From assembly GCA_040765985.1 (NCBI GenBank), contig JAXGRK010000011.1:1-41812 (forward strand): a DNA stretch of 41,812 nt. Reading direction: 5' to 3'. A program made the translations under genes and the position numbers. Under the pieces are notes generated by a model. It worked only from the letters and a program-made list of their open reading frames with translations. It was not told the origin of the DNA and searched no databases. Shown here one piece after another: positions 29,262 to 39,373 of the stretch (positions are counted from its first letter, which is position 1; every line of letters begins with the position of its first letter). The DNA comes from Candidatus Dojkabacteria bacterium (GTDB taxonomy: Bacteria > Patescibacteriota > Dojkabacteria > SC72).

Positions 29262-30959
29262 CTATACAACAACTATTTGAATAATTGGTTCTCTTTCTGT
29301 TTTTTTGTATATGTATTTTCCTACTGTTTTCTCTATAGATGTTTTTAGTTCCTCATATTCAAACTTCTTACTTCTTTCAGAGGTATTTAACCACTCTCTG
29401 TGTACGTCGTAAAGAATAGTTTGAATCTCTTTAAGAAGCTCTTGAGATTTTTTCATGTATATGAAACCCCTGGAAACAAACTGTGGTCTCCCCATTAGCC
29501 GATGTGTTTTAGTACTTAGGTTGAGGATAATGATAAACATACCGTATTCTGCCAACTGTCTCCTATCCTTAAGAACAATCTCCCCAGTATCTCCTACTCC
29601 TAGACCATCTATTAGTATTGGTCTAGACTCTATAGCTTTTCCTTTAGACCATGACCTACCATTAAAGTTCCAAATCTGTCCATCATCTGTTAAATAGATA
29701 TCCTCCTCTCGCATTCCCCATGATACATAGTTCTTTTTATTAAAATATCTGAATGTTAGAGGCCCATGTATGGGTAAAACCGACTTTGGTTTAATCAGTT
29801 CATACATTATCCTCATATCTTCTTGATTACCGTGTCCAGTTGAGTGAATCTTGGTTTCTATTGTGTCTTTTAGTAAATCAGCACCTATCCCTATTAATCT
29901 GTCTGTCATTCTCTCTATACTAGATACATTCTCGGGGATTTCAGACGAAGACATTATTACAAGATCTCCTTTTTTAACTTTAATATACTTATGTTCATTA
30001 AGGGATATCCTATTTAACGCAGCAAACCTCTCCCCTTGGCTTCCAGTGCACAGTATTAGCAATTCATTATCTTTGTATTTAGGTATATCCCTTTCCTTAA
30101 TTACAAGTTTATCTGGAATTTTAATATATCCCTGTTTATATGCAATAGATACGGATTGATCTAAGCTTCTACCAGATATTACAATCTTTCTTCCTGTTCT
30201 TTTAGCTATTTCAAATAGGGCGTAGAGCCGAGTAAGCAAAGATGCAAAGGCAGCAACTATTACTCTCCCCTCTGTTTTGGCAATAACTGCCTCTAAATTT
30301 TTAAATACCTCTGTTTCAGATGGGGCTTTTCCTGTTTTAGAAGCGTTAGTACTCTCCATTAAGGCAAGGTCTACTCTACCCCTTAGAGATTTTAATTTTT
30401 CGTAATCTGCTTCTAATTCATTTGTTGGTTGTGTATCTATTTTGTAATCCCCAGAGAAAAATACATTACCCCTAGGGGTTTGTACAAAGATAGAGAAAGC
30501 GTCTGGAATACTATGGTTTATCCCTATAAAGGTGGTTCTAAAATTCTTCCCAATATTTATAGTGGTATGTCTTGTTACGCCAAATATTTTTGCTTTACTT
30601 TTTAGATTGTACTCTTCTAGTCTTGCCTCAATTAAAGCTTTAGCAAAAGCACCTGCATATACCGGTGGGAAACCAAGATCAGGTAGCATCCATCTTAGAG
30701 CACCTGTATGATCTAAATGTCCATGAGTAATTAATATTGCCTTTACCTTCTTCTTGTTCCTTTTTAGGTAGCTTAAATTAGGAATTAGGTAATCTATTCC
30801 ATACATCTCTTGGCCTGGGAATGAATATCCAGCATCCACTATTATTATCTCATCTCCCAGTTCAATGAAGTTACAATTTCTTCCTATCTCACTTGTTCCT
30901 GAGAGTGTACATACTCTTAGGTTATCATTTCTAAAAAATCTTTTTTTTGGCTTATTCAT
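29262..30959 (-). CDS. rnj: Ribonuclease J
   Basis: EIGRN, ITHGHLDHTG, NHSIPD, GDYKID, MESTN, TGSQGE, HSTGH, PIHG. Confidence 0.95.
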   Translation of the reverse strand: MNKPKKRFFRNDNLRVCTLSGTSEIGRNCNFIELGDEIIIVDAGYSFPGQEMYGIDYLIPNLSYLKRNKKKVKAILITHGHLDHTGALRWMLPDLGFPPVYAGAFAKALIEARLEEYNLKSKAKIFGVTRHTTINIGKNFRTTFIGINHSIPDAFSIFVQTPRGNVFFSGDYKIDTQPTNELEADYEKLKSLRGRVDLALMESTNASKTGKAPSETEVFKNLEAVIAKTEGRVIVAAFASLLTRLYALFEIAKRTGRKIVISGRSLDQSVSIAYKQGYIKIPDKLVIKERDIPKYKDNELLILCTGSQGERFAALNRISLNEHKYIKVKKGDLVIMSSSEIPENVSSIERMTDRLIGIGADLLKDTIETKIHSTGHGNQEDMRIMYELIKPKSVLPIHGPLTFRYFNKKNYVSWGMREEDIYLTDDGQIWNFNGRSWSKGKAIESRPILIDGLGVGDTGEIVLKDRRQLAEYGMFIIILNLSTKTHRLMGRPQFVSRGFIYMKKSQELLKEIQTILYDVHREWLNTSERSKKFEYEELKTSIEKTVGKYIYKKTEREPIIQIVVV

Positions 30960-31087
30960 AATGCTATATTATATCAGATAATTGAGAAACCCCACCCACC
31001 CAGCTTAGAGGGAAACTCTATAGGGTTGTTCTCTGGTTTGTGCTTATGTATAATATTCGCTAATCAATTAAATTCTTAACGTTATAC

Positions 31088-31675
31088 ATGATGAAAGATC
31101 TTAACGAAGTAGATATATCAAGAAAACAAAAAGTTGTTAGTGAACTAATATTTGCAAATCTTCAAGAGAAAGAGTGTTTTGAAAAATGTAAACAGGGTTT
31201 TCTTTATAGATTTACCCAATCCTATCAGAAGAAATCCGAGAAAGTGTCACCCAGGGATTCTTTTGTTGATAGGGTTGGTATAACCCTTTCAAATGTTTTT
31301 AAAGATTATTCAAAAGTATCAGAGAGAAACCCTTCTGTTCCTAGTTTAAGAGCTCTAAGGTCTGTTAGGGATGGCTCTAAATTCTTTTCAAGGTTGTTTA
31401 GAAATGAAGAGTATTACTTAGCCATGGGTTACTCCTATGATCAATTTTCTACTTTGTTTCCAAATATACTAGGGGATAATTTAAATAATATTGTAAAAAT
31501 TCAAGGGATAGATGCATGGGACCCTCGTGATGGCGATATCCAAATATTAGAGGAAACATATACAGATCCTGAAGAGGATGTAAAAGAGATTGTTGTTGCA
31601 ATTAGAATTAATCCAGAGAGTGAATTAGCACAAGAATTATCTGCTTTTAATTTTAAAACTAAGACTCTGGATTAA
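31088..31675 (+). CDS. Hypothetical protein, paralog of 31780-32394
   Basis: 195-aa ORF with upstream TATAAT; shares EYYL...FP, WDPxxG and EIVV blocks with its neighbour. Confidence 0.65.
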   Translation: MMKDLNEVDISRKQKVVSELIFANLQEKECFEKCKQGFLYRFTQSYQKKSEKVSPRDSFVDRVGITLSNVFKDYSKVSERNPSVPSLRALRSVRDGSKFFSRLFRNEEYYLAMGYSYDQFSTLFPNILGDNLNNIVKIQGIDAWDPRDGDIQILEETYTDPEEDVKEIVVAIRINPESELAQELSAFNFKTKTLD

Positions 31676-31779
31676 GTTTAAGTAGTTCACAAATAGATAT
31701 CCCAGAGTTATGTGTTATGAGTTGATACCGCTAAAGTTTTGTGTATATAATATGCGAATAATTTTTTGAAAATATTTAT

Positions 31780-32394
31780 ATGGCACCATTAATTGAAGAT
31801 ATTCGTGACAAAATTATAATTGCAAAGGATACTGCTATAGATGAATTATCGGTAGAAAAAGATACGTTATTATTTAATGATTGGAAGGACACCTATTTAA
31901 ACAATCTTGAGAAGGAATACTGTCAAATTTCTGAATCCCTATTTGGAGAAGATAAACAAGATGGATATTATGAAAATCTCCTTGTCATAGAACAACTTCT
32001 TAAGTATGGTACTTTTCCGGATACTCCTCAAGAACCGTATTTAAAATATATAGAACGTGTACGTGCTGATAAGAAAGAACGTTATTACGATGGGAGCTAT
32101 AAAATAGATGAGTTTTACTTAGGTGTCGCTTGGGATTTTGATGCTCTAAGATTACAATTTCCTGTTTTTCATTCATACCAATCAGGACACAATGGTATAA
32201 GGAGAATGCCTACTAGTTTCCTTAGCGGTGGGAAGAAAAAAGAATCCTGGGACCCTAAAAAGGGATACCTTCAGGTAAGTTATAAGGAGCTCTCAGATTT
32301 AGCTGAAATTATTGTTACTTTAAAAGTTCCACAGAAAAGCCATATATATAAAGCTCTCAAAACTGTAAATGATGCTACAGGAATGTTTGATTAA
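31780..32394 (+). CDS. Hypothetical protein, paralog of 31088-31675
   Basis: 204-aa ORF with upstream TATAAT; same shared blocks. Confidence 0.65.
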   Translation: MAPLIEDIRDKIIIAKDTAIDELSVEKDTLLFNDWKDTYLNNLEKEYCQISESLFGEDKQDGYYENLLVIEQLLKYGTFPDTPQEPYLKYIERVRADKKERYYDGSYKIDEFYLGVAWDFDALRLQFPVFHSYQSGHNGIRRMPTSFLSGGKKKESWDPKKGYLQVSYKELSDLAEIIVTLKVPQKSHIYKALKTVNDATGMFD

Positions 32395-32443
32395 AGAAAT
32401 ACAGTTTTTCCACATACATTTTTTGTAAGAGTAGAAGTATTAC

Positions 32444-32452
32444 TGATATAAT
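32444..32452 (+). promoter_or_regulatory. Extended -10 promoter of valS with leaderless-type spacing
   Basis: TGATATAAT 6 nt before the ATG. Confidence 0.6.
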
Positions 32453-32458
32453 GCTTTT

Positions 32459-34717
32459 ATGAAAGATACAATATCCAAAACATTTGAAGAGAAAGAAAAA
32501 GAGATATTTCCTCTTTGGGAGAAATCTGGTCTATTTAATCCAGATAGTATGGAGATGTATTTGAAAGATAAGGGATTTGAAGTAAAAAAACCTTTTACAA
32601 TTACACTACCTCCTCCTAATGCGAATGGGAATTTACACTTAGGACATATGTGTGGGTACTCTTTTCATGATGCAATTGGTAGGTATATGAGAATGACAGG
32701 ACATCCTACCCTACTACTTCCTGGTAAAGATCATGCAGGAATACAAACAGAAACTTCTTTTACAAAAGAGTTACAAAAACAAGGGAAGAACAAATGGGAT
32801 ATGGGAAGAGATGAATTCTATAAACAGTGCTACGACTTCTGTATGAAAAATGCGTCTAATGCAAGAGATCAAGAGAGAAAGATAGGATTAAGTGCAGATT
32901 TTAGTAGAGAGTTTTTTACGTTAGACCCTCGGCTAACAAAAATTGTATATGAGACATTTGAGATGATGTTTAAAGAAGGTATGGTGTATAGAGATAAGAG
33001 GATTGTAAATGTATGTCCTTACTGTAAGACAGCCCTTGCAGATATAGATACCGAGCATGAGCAAAGGAGAGGAATATTCGCATATATTAAATACCCAGTA
33101 GTGGGAAGTAAAGATGAATCCATTATGGTAGCAACTACTAGACCAGAAACTATGCTTGGAGACAGTGCTGTTGCTGTGAATCCCAAAGATGAGAGATACC
33201 AGAAATATATTGGCAAGAAGGTTTTACTCCCTATACAAAACAAAGAGATTCCAGTTATTGCTGACGAAGAAGTAGATATGGAGTTAGGAACAGGTGCTGT
33301 TAAAGTTACTCCTGCCCATTCACCAATAGACTTTGAGATGAGTATGAGACATAACTTGGAGATTGTTGATGTTATAGATGAAAACGGCATTATGACAGGA
33401 GATATACCAGAAAAATACAAGGGGCTAGATACAATCTCTTGTTCTAAACAGTTATGCCAAGATTTAGATGATTTAGGACTACTCGAGGATATTCAGAATA
33501 TTAAACACGAAGTAGCCATTTGTGAAAGATGTAAAACACCTGTTGAACCAGTAATATCCAATCAGTGGTATGTTAATGTCTCTGATTTAGCTAAAAAAGC
33601 ATTAGAAGAACTACATAGTGGAAGGGTAAAAGTAATTCCAGAAGGACAACAGAAGGCATTAGAATTCTTTTTTGAAAATATTAAACCTTGGTGTATCTCT
33701 CGGCAGTTATGGTGGGGGCAAAGAATCCCCGTATGGTATAGCGGGGGGAAAAAACTCTACGATTGGATGTTAGAAAATAAAGGAAAAGAGATTAAGGACT
33801 TTGAAAAAGAATTTAATACTAAAGTAAATGGTGATGGAAGTATCTCTGTTGGAGAAAATCCACCTTCTAACTCTGACGAATGGGAATCAGAAACTGATAT
33901 GTTTGATACATGGTTTAGCTCTGGGCAGTGGCCATACTCTACATTGGGTGGTCCAGATGGAGAGGACTTTAAAAAGTATTACCCTACTCAGATGATGATT
34001 CATGCTAGAGATATTCTGTTTTGGTGGTCAGCAAGAATGTTAATGATGGGTATATACAAAACAAAAGAAGTTCCTTTCAATATAATATTTCTAACAGGTA
34101 TGATACTTGCATCTGATGGTTCTAAAATGTCAAAGAGTAAGGGTAACGGTATTGAACCACAAGAGGTATTTGAAAAGTATGGAGCAGATGCACTGCGTCT
34201 TTGGTATTACTCTGATGCTCTACCTGGTTCTAATGCGCCAATTAGAGAGGAGAAGATTAAAGGTAACAGGAATTTTGTTAACAAGATATGGAACGCTAGT
34301 AGGTTTATCTTGATGAATATCGATGATAGTGAGATTAAGAGGGTTGGAGAATACAAAGTAGATATGAAATCTTTAAGAATTAAAGAAACAGAAGATCATG
34401 TTAAAAAGATATCTAAATATATAGAGAGATATCAATTTAATCTTGGAGCAGAGAGTATTAGAGAGTTTTTCTGGCATGAACTATGTGATGTCTGGATTGA
34501 AGAGGTAAAAAATGAAATTAAAGAAGAAGATTTTGGTTCTGAGGTAAGAATTAGTAAACTTGCAGAACTTCTGTATATTCTTAAAGAGAATCTTAAAATG
34601 ATGCATCCTTTTATACCCTTTGTTACTGAATCTGTATGGCAAGAGCTAGTAAAGCTCAAACTTGCAGAAGGGGTATTGATGAGGTCAACAGATATAGATA
34701 GGGATAGCAATTTCTAA
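32459..34717 (+). CDS. valS: Valine-tRNA ligase lacking the C-terminal coiled coil
   Basis: PPPNANGNLHLGH, DHAGIQT, ATTRPETMLGD, WCISRQLWWG, DTWFSS, KMSKS. Confidence 0.95.
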   Translation: MKDTISKTFEEKEKEIFPLWEKSGLFNPDSMEMYLKDKGFEVKKPFTITLPPPNANGNLHLGHMCGYSFHDAIGRYMRMTGHPTLLLPGKDHAGIQTETSFTKELQKQGKNKWDMGRDEFYKQCYDFCMKNASNARDQERKIGLSADFSREFFTLDPRLTKIVYETFEMMFKEGMVYRDKRIVNVCPYCKTALADIDTEHEQRRGIFAYIKYPVVGSKDESIMVATTRPETMLGDSAVAVNPKDERYQKYIGKKVLLPIQNKEIPVIADEEVDMELGTGAVKVTPAHSPIDFEMSMRHNLEIVDVIDENGIMTGDIPEKYKGLDTISCSKQLCQDLDDLGLLEDIQNIKHEVAICERCKTPVEPVISNQWYVNVSDLAKKALEELHSGRVKVIPEGQQKALEFFFENIKPWCISRQLWWGQRIPVWYSGGKKLYDWMLENKGKEIKDFEKEFNTKVNGDGSISVGENPPSNSDEWESETDMFDTWFSSGQWPYSTLGGPDGEDFKKYYPTQMMIHARDILFWWSARMLMMGIYKTKEVPFNIIFLTGMILASDGSKMSKSKGNGIEPQEVFEKYGADALRLWYYSDALPGSNAPIREEKIKGNRNFVNKIWNASRFILMNIDDSEIKRVGEYKVDMKSLRIKETEDHVKKISKYIERYQFNLGAESIREFFWHELCDVWIEEVKNEIKEEDFGSEVRISKLAELLYILKENLKMMHPFIPFVTESVWQELVKLKLAEGVLMRSTDIDRDSNF

Positions 34718-34738
34718 AAAATTTCCAATAGGTAAAAC

Positions 34739-34786
34739 GATGGAGAGAATCTAAGACATAAGTCAGAGGAACGGATTCTCTCCATC
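34739..34786. terminator. 13-bp perfect hairpin; possible terminator for the minus-strand transcript
   Basis: GATGGAGAGAATC (34739-51) pairs with GATTCTCTCCATC (34774-86); followed by GTTTT on the minus strand. Confidence 0.55.
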
Positions 34787-34798
34787 AAGCGACATAAA

Positions 34799-34954
34799 CT
34801 AATGCCCGTGTCGCTTGGAGCCCGGATCACCTCCTTTCTTTCTTGCTACCCCACAGGTTGGCTTTTGAACCTTCCTCTCCTCACTTTTTGAAACTCTTGA
34901 AGAGAGTTTCCCAACTAAATTATTGGGCTTGCAGACAACAAGAATAGTAGGCAT
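34799..34954 (-). CDS. Unannotated 51-aa basic small ORF
   Basis: AGGAGG 5 nt before ATG; MPTILVVCKPNNLVGKLSSRVSKSEERKVQKPTCGVARKKGGDPGSKRHGH*; shorter than anything in the ORF track. Confidence 0.55.
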   Translation of the reverse strand: MPTILVVCKPNNLVGKLSSRVSKSEERKVQKPTCGVARKKGGDPGSKRHGH

Positions 34955-35006
34955 ATCCACCTCCTATGATGTTTATATCAGAATCTATAATCTTTTGGAA
35001 TATATA

Positions 35007-36746
35007 TTAACTCTCTAGTATTTTTTCAAAAAGAATTTCTGGAGGATTTAATTTGGTATTAGGTTGTACTGTTTCAAATGACCATTTGTTTTCAAAGTTC
35101 TTTACTTCTCCAATCTCTTTTAGTTCAATATTTGGATCATATTCATTTTGAATATTTAGGAGTTTTGTAATTTCTATAGAACTAATTGGTAGGAAGGGTT
35201 TAATTAATATTCTTAACGCATTAACTAGCTGGATTGAGTTGTAGAGAGTATTTTCACACTCTTTAATATCTTCTTTGTATGATATCCATGGGGCCTTATC
35301 ATTAAAATATTTATTACAAAAATCTCCAAATCTAAGTAACTCGTCTGTAGATTTCACAAATTCGCAGTTATTAATGTTTTCTCCTATATTCTTAAGAGTG
35401 TTATCAATAGCGTTTTTAACATTATTATCTAATACTCCGTTAGGAACAGTATTCTCAAACTTACTATTAAGAAAAGAGAGAGTTCTATTTATGAAATTAC
35501 CTATGTTTGCAACTAGTTCATTGTTATTACAATCTATTAAGTCTTTCCACTCAAATTCTCTGTCATGGTTTTCTGGAGCATACCTTACAAAGAAAAATCT
35601 TATTAAATCACTATTATATTTCTCTAAGAGAGAATCTACATCCATACTGTTTCCATCTCCTTTTGACATTTTCTTTCCTTTGTTAAGAAGCATTTTGTTT
35701 GAAGGAATATTGTATGGGAGATTTAAATTCTCTTTTAGAGTTTCTCCTGGTAGTTTGTATTTCTCCCAGAGCGTATTGTCTGAATATTTTTCACTGTATG
35801 CAAGAAGTTCGGCTGGCCAAATTATTGTATGGAAGGGAGTATTACCACCTGCTATGAAGTAGTAATGTTTGCATTTAGGATCTTTCCAAAACTCTTCCCA
35901 TTCACTTGGTTTTCCAATTATATTTGCCCATTCTATAGAGGCAGAAAGATAGCCAACAACAGCTTCTATCCATACATAGATTACTTTGTCTTCCCATCCC
36001 TCTACTGGTACAGGTATTCCAAATTTCATATCTCTTGTTACTTCTCTAGGTCGTAATCCTTCCTTTATCCAGCCCTTGGAGAACTCTCTTACCCATTTTC
36101 TCCATACTCCACTACTATCTTCAACCCACTCCTTTATCTTGGGTTCTAACTTTTTTAAATCAAGGTAAAAATGTTCTGTTTCTTTCAATACGGGCTTCGT
36201 ATCAGAGAGCGTACTAAAAGGGCTTAGTAGATCTTCTGGGGAAAGGAATTCTCCACACTCAGGGCATTCATCCCCTCTTGCATTGACTGCCCCACATTTT
36301 GGGCAAATCCCTCTAACATATCTATCAGGTAAATATTTGTTTACTTTTTCATCGTAATACTGTTTCGATTTCTGAGTGTAAAGATATCCTCTCTCTTTTA
36401 ATACTAAGAAGATATTTTGTACAACCTTTTTGTGATTCTCTGTTGTTGTAGAGGTGTAATTTTCGTATAGGAGGGAGAGTTTGTCGAAGGTACTTAGGAT
36501 ATTTTTGTGTGATTCTTCTACTAGTTGTTCAGGGGGAATTCCTAATTCTTCAGCTTTAAACAGTATTGGTGTCCCATGGCTATCACTTCCAGAGACCATT
36601 AGTACTCTGTTTCCTCTTAACCTATGATATCTAGCGAATACATCACAGGCGATATTTTGTCCAGCAAGATGTCCTAAGTGAATTTTACCACTGGCGTAAG
36701 GCCATGATACTCCAATGAAGATTTTGTTTGTTGTTGTTTTGTCCAT
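35007..36746 (-). CDS. metG: Methionine-tRNA ligase without the C-terminal OB-fold
   Basis: WPYASGKIHLGH, SGSDSHGTP, CPKC/CPECG zinc knuckle, YVWIEA, KMSKG. Confidence 0.95.
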   Translation of the reverse strand: MDKTTTNKIFIGVSWPYASGKIHLGHLAGQNIACDVFARYHRLRGNRVLMVSGSDSHGTPILFKAEELGIPPEQLVEESHKNILSTFDKLSLLYENYTSTTTENHKKVVQNIFLVLKERGYLYTQKSKQYYDEKVNKYLPDRYVRGICPKCGAVNARGDECPECGEFLSPEDLLSPFSTLSDTKPVLKETEHFYLDLKKLEPKIKEWVEDSSGVWRKWVREFSKGWIKEGLRPREVTRDMKFGIPVPVEGWEDKVIYVWIEAVVGYLSASIEWANIIGKPSEWEEFWKDPKCKHYYFIAGGNTPFHTIIWPAELLAYSEKYSDNTLWEKYKLPGETLKENLNLPYNIPSNKMLLNKGKKMSKGDGNSMDVDSLLEKYNSDLIRFFFVRYAPENHDREFEWKDLIDCNNNELVANIGNFINRTLSFLNSKFENTVPNGVLDNNVKNAIDNTLKNIGENINNCEFVKSTDELLRFGDFCNKYFNDKAPWISYKEDIKECENTLYNSIQLVNALRILIKPFLPISSIEITKLLNIQNEYDPNIELKEIGEVKNFENKWSFETVQPNTKLNPPEILFEKILES

Positions 36747-36848
36747 ATTTGTAGTGATAATTATATCAGAATATATATTGCATAACTAATATATGGAATC
36801 TTTCTTAAAACCTTTGTATACTGTAAGTATAAAAGTAAATACTGCCTA

Positions 36849-37406
36849 ATGTTTAAAAGTAAAGATCAAACAAAATCAATAAATTTCTTAACCCCAGTTG
36901 GTGGTTCTGACAGTGTTGGTCGTACTTCTTTTTATTGGCTAACAACCGTTGGCAAGTATATGCTAATTGTAGTTCAGGCAATAGTACTAGCTGCTTTTGG
37001 ATTTAGGTTGGTTAGAGATGGTAGGAACAATGATTTGGCAGATGAGATTAATAGGCAGGTGGGAGTACTAGAAAATGATACGTGGAAAAAGAATGTAATT
37101 AAGTATGAAAATATTCAATCTTTATTAGGTGATATTAAAGAGATTAAAGATAATCAGGATATCAATTCAAACCTTATTTCAGAAATCATAAGTGGAATAC
37201 CTGTAACAATTAACGCAGAGAGCGTATCGATAAGTGGGAATCGAATATCTCTTTCGTTAAAAACTGTTGATTTCCAAGCTTTGAAGGGATACGAAGATTC
37301 TCTTAAAAACAATACTTACTACTCTGATGTAAAGTTTAATATTACTTTACAAGGTGGAGAGTATGAAGTTGGAGTTAGTTTCTTAGTAAATAAGGAGGTA
37401 GAGTAA
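36849..37406 (+). CDS. PilN-like pilus alignment protein
   Basis: INFL N-terminal motif, one TM helix, coiled coil, IP...L...YYSDVK C-terminal domain. Confidence 0.7.
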   Translation: MFKSKDQTKSINFLTPVGGSDSVGRTSFYWLTTVGKYMLIVVQAIVLAAFGFRLVRDGRNNDLADEINRQVGVLENDTWKKNVIKYENIQSLLGDIKEIKDNQDINSNLISEIISGIPVTINAESVSISGNRISLSLKTVDFQALKGYEDSLKNNTYYSDVKFNITLQGGEYEVGVSFLVNKEVE

Positions 37407-37407
37407 T

Positions 37408-38037
37408 ATGGGAACAATGGAAAATACAGAAAGACAACTTGAGTATGTAGGTATAGCAAAAAAAGGTCCTAGTAAGAAAGCAGAAATGATTTTTACTGGT
37501 TTAACCTTTATTGTAGCTGTATTGTTAATTGTCTTTGCAATCTCACCAACCATTACGACTGTTACAGATATAAATAAAGAGATAAAAGAGAAGGAGGGAA
37601 TTACGCAAGCACTTGAGTTAAAGATTAAAGCTTTAAATGAATTGGATAATCAATATAATGAGAACAAAGAGACTTTTAAGGATATTAGTTTAATATTTCC
37701 AACTTCCCAAAATTTTAGTTTGTTTCTAGCAAATATCGATGCCATTGTTACAAGAAACAACTTTATTCTTACTTCAATTGGTTTTTCAGAGTATAAAGAA
37801 ACAACAAAAGATGAGGATTCGTTGAGTATTTCATCTTTAACACCCTTCTCTGTTAGATTATCAGTGAAGGGAAGCAGAATGAATCTGATATCTTTTCTTA
37901 AAGATTTAGAGAGTTTACCAATGTATCCAGTTGTAGAGAGTATTAACTATAGTAGTGATGTTGACGAAGAGGGATTTACGGATTTCTCTGTTAGTTTAAG
38001 GGTATATCATATAGAGAATGTAAACTTTTATGAATAA
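37408..38037 (+). CDS. PilO-like pilus alignment protein
   Basis: TM helix, coiled coil, FPT...VKGS...FLKDLESLP...VESI; SD AAGGAGGT upstream. Confidence 0.75.
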   Translation: MGTMENTERQLEYVGIAKKGPSKKAEMIFTGLTFIVAVLLIVFAISPTITTVTDINKEIKEKEGITQALELKIKALNELDNQYNENKETFKDISLIFPTSQNFSLFLANIDAIVTRNNFILTSIGFSEYKETTKDEDSLSISSLTPFSVRLSVKGSRMNLISFLKDLESLPMYPVVESINYSSDVDEEGFTDFSVSLRVYHIENVNFYE

Positions 38038-38042
38038 ATAGT

Positions 38043-38291
38043 ATGGAGTATTTTAGAAAATATTTTGTTATTATAATTTTAACTGTAGCGATAGCTATTG
38101 TTTGGGCAGGAATATTAGTTTTTTCTAAAGATTCTTTTGTATCAATAAACTCTAGTGCACAGATGTATGCTACTCCTCTAAGTCCTAGCTTTGATTCGGA
38201 TACACTAGATGAAATTTCAGAGAGAATAGAAAAAGGTTTTGCAATACAGCCAAGTTCTTTCTTTGAGATGGAAGATACTCAGAGTGATTAA
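38043..38291 (+). CDS. Small single-TM protein following pilN/O
   Basis: TM helix with W, then PLSPSFD; operon-like spacing. Confidence 0.6.
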   Translation: MEYFRKYFVIIILTVAIAIVWAGILVFSKDSFVSINSSAQMYATPLSPSFDSDTLDEISERIEKGFAIQPSSFFEMEDTQSD

Positions 38292-39373
38292 ATATCTATA
38301 TAATCATCAAGCTTCTTTTCGGCAGATTTCTCTTTAAGTTTCTTTAATGCCTTTGCTTCAATCTGTCTAATTCTTTCTCTCGTTACTCCAAATTCTCTTC
38401 CTACCTCTTCTAATGTTCTTGTAACACCATCTGTTAATCCAAATCTTAGTGCTAATACTCTTCTTTCTCTGTCTTGCAAGGAGTCTAATATATCTTTTAA
38501 TTGATTTTTTAGATACTCTGAAGTTGCAAAATCTTCAGGACTTTGTGACCATTCATCTGGGAGAATATCTTGAAGCTTACTATCTTTTTCATCTCCAATT
38601 GGAGTTGCTAGAGAGGAAGGGTTTTGTTTAATTTTCCTTATCTCTGCTATCTTTTCTAACTCTATGTCCATTTCTTTAGCTATCTCTTCATCTGTTGGTT
38701 GTCTACCTAGTCTTGTTGTAAGGGTCCCGTTTACTTTATTAAATTTGTTTATTGTCTCAATCATGTGTACTGGTACACGTATAGTTCTTGCTTGATCTGC
38801 TATGGCTCTAGTAATTGCCTGTCTTATCCACCAAGTGGCATAGGTTGAGAATTTAAAACCCTTATGATAATCAAACTTCTCTACAGCTCTCATTAAGCCG
38901 ATATTACCTTCCTGTATTAAATCCAAGAGTTCAAGGCCACTCTTACTGTACTTTTTCGCTATACTTACAACTAGTCTAAGATTTGCAGTTATGAGTAATT
39001 GACCTGCTTCTTTATCTCCATTTTCTATTCTTTTTGCTAAAATAACTTCTTCTTCTCCAGTAAGTAAAGGGATTTTCCCTATTTCGTAAAGATATGATCT
39101 AATAGCATCGGTAGAAAGACTTGATTGAATAGTTTTTAATATTCGAATCTTCTTCTCAAGAGTTAACTCTTCATTTTCTGAAGAGATATCTTCTTCTGGG
39201 TCTAGTACCTCAATTTCGTTTTCTTGTAACTCTTTAAAAATATCATCAAGTAGTACAATATCTTCTTCGATAGTAGGAAAAACTTCTAGAATATCCTCTT
39301 GGGATAGAAATCCTTGCTCTTTTCCTTTCTTAACTAATTCTAAAATGTGTTTTGATTTTGCTGAATCACTCAT
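38288..39373 (-). CDS. rpoD: Primary sigma factor
   Basis: Region 1.1 (GKEQGFLS), [60 protein letters not shown]. Confidence 0.96.
   Translation of the reverse strand: MSDSAKSKHILELVKKGKEQGFLSQEDILEVFPTIEEDIVLLDDIFKELQENEIEVLDPEEDISSENEELTLEKKIRILKTIQSSLSTDAIRSYLYEIGKIPLLTGEEEVILAKRIENGDKEAGQLLITANLRLVVSIAKKYSKSGLELLDLIQEGNIGLMRAVEKFDYHKGFKFSTYATWWIRQAITRAIADQARTIRVPVHMIETINKFNKVNGTLTTRLGRQPTDEEIAKEMDIELEKIAEIRKIKQNPSSLATPIGDEKDSKLQDILPDEWSQSPEDFATSEYLKNQLKDILDSLQDRERRVLALRFGLTDGVTRTLEEVGREFGVTRERIRQIEAKALKKLKEKSAEKKLDDYIDI

Noticed and set aside
30983-31035. Small hairpins between rnj and the 31088 gene as a possible ncRNA
   Set aside because: Stems are about 5 bp, lie between divergent promoters and match no motif I recognise.
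34760-34835. RNase P RNA (minus-strand TCCGGGCTCCA resembles its P4/P5 region)
   Set aside because: No GAGGAAAGTCC, no complementary 3' P4 strand, and too little room before valS. A cmsearch would settle it.
34824-34839. 16S rRNA gene or fragment
   Set aside because: Only the terminal 16 nt match; the upstream helix 44/45 sequence is absent.
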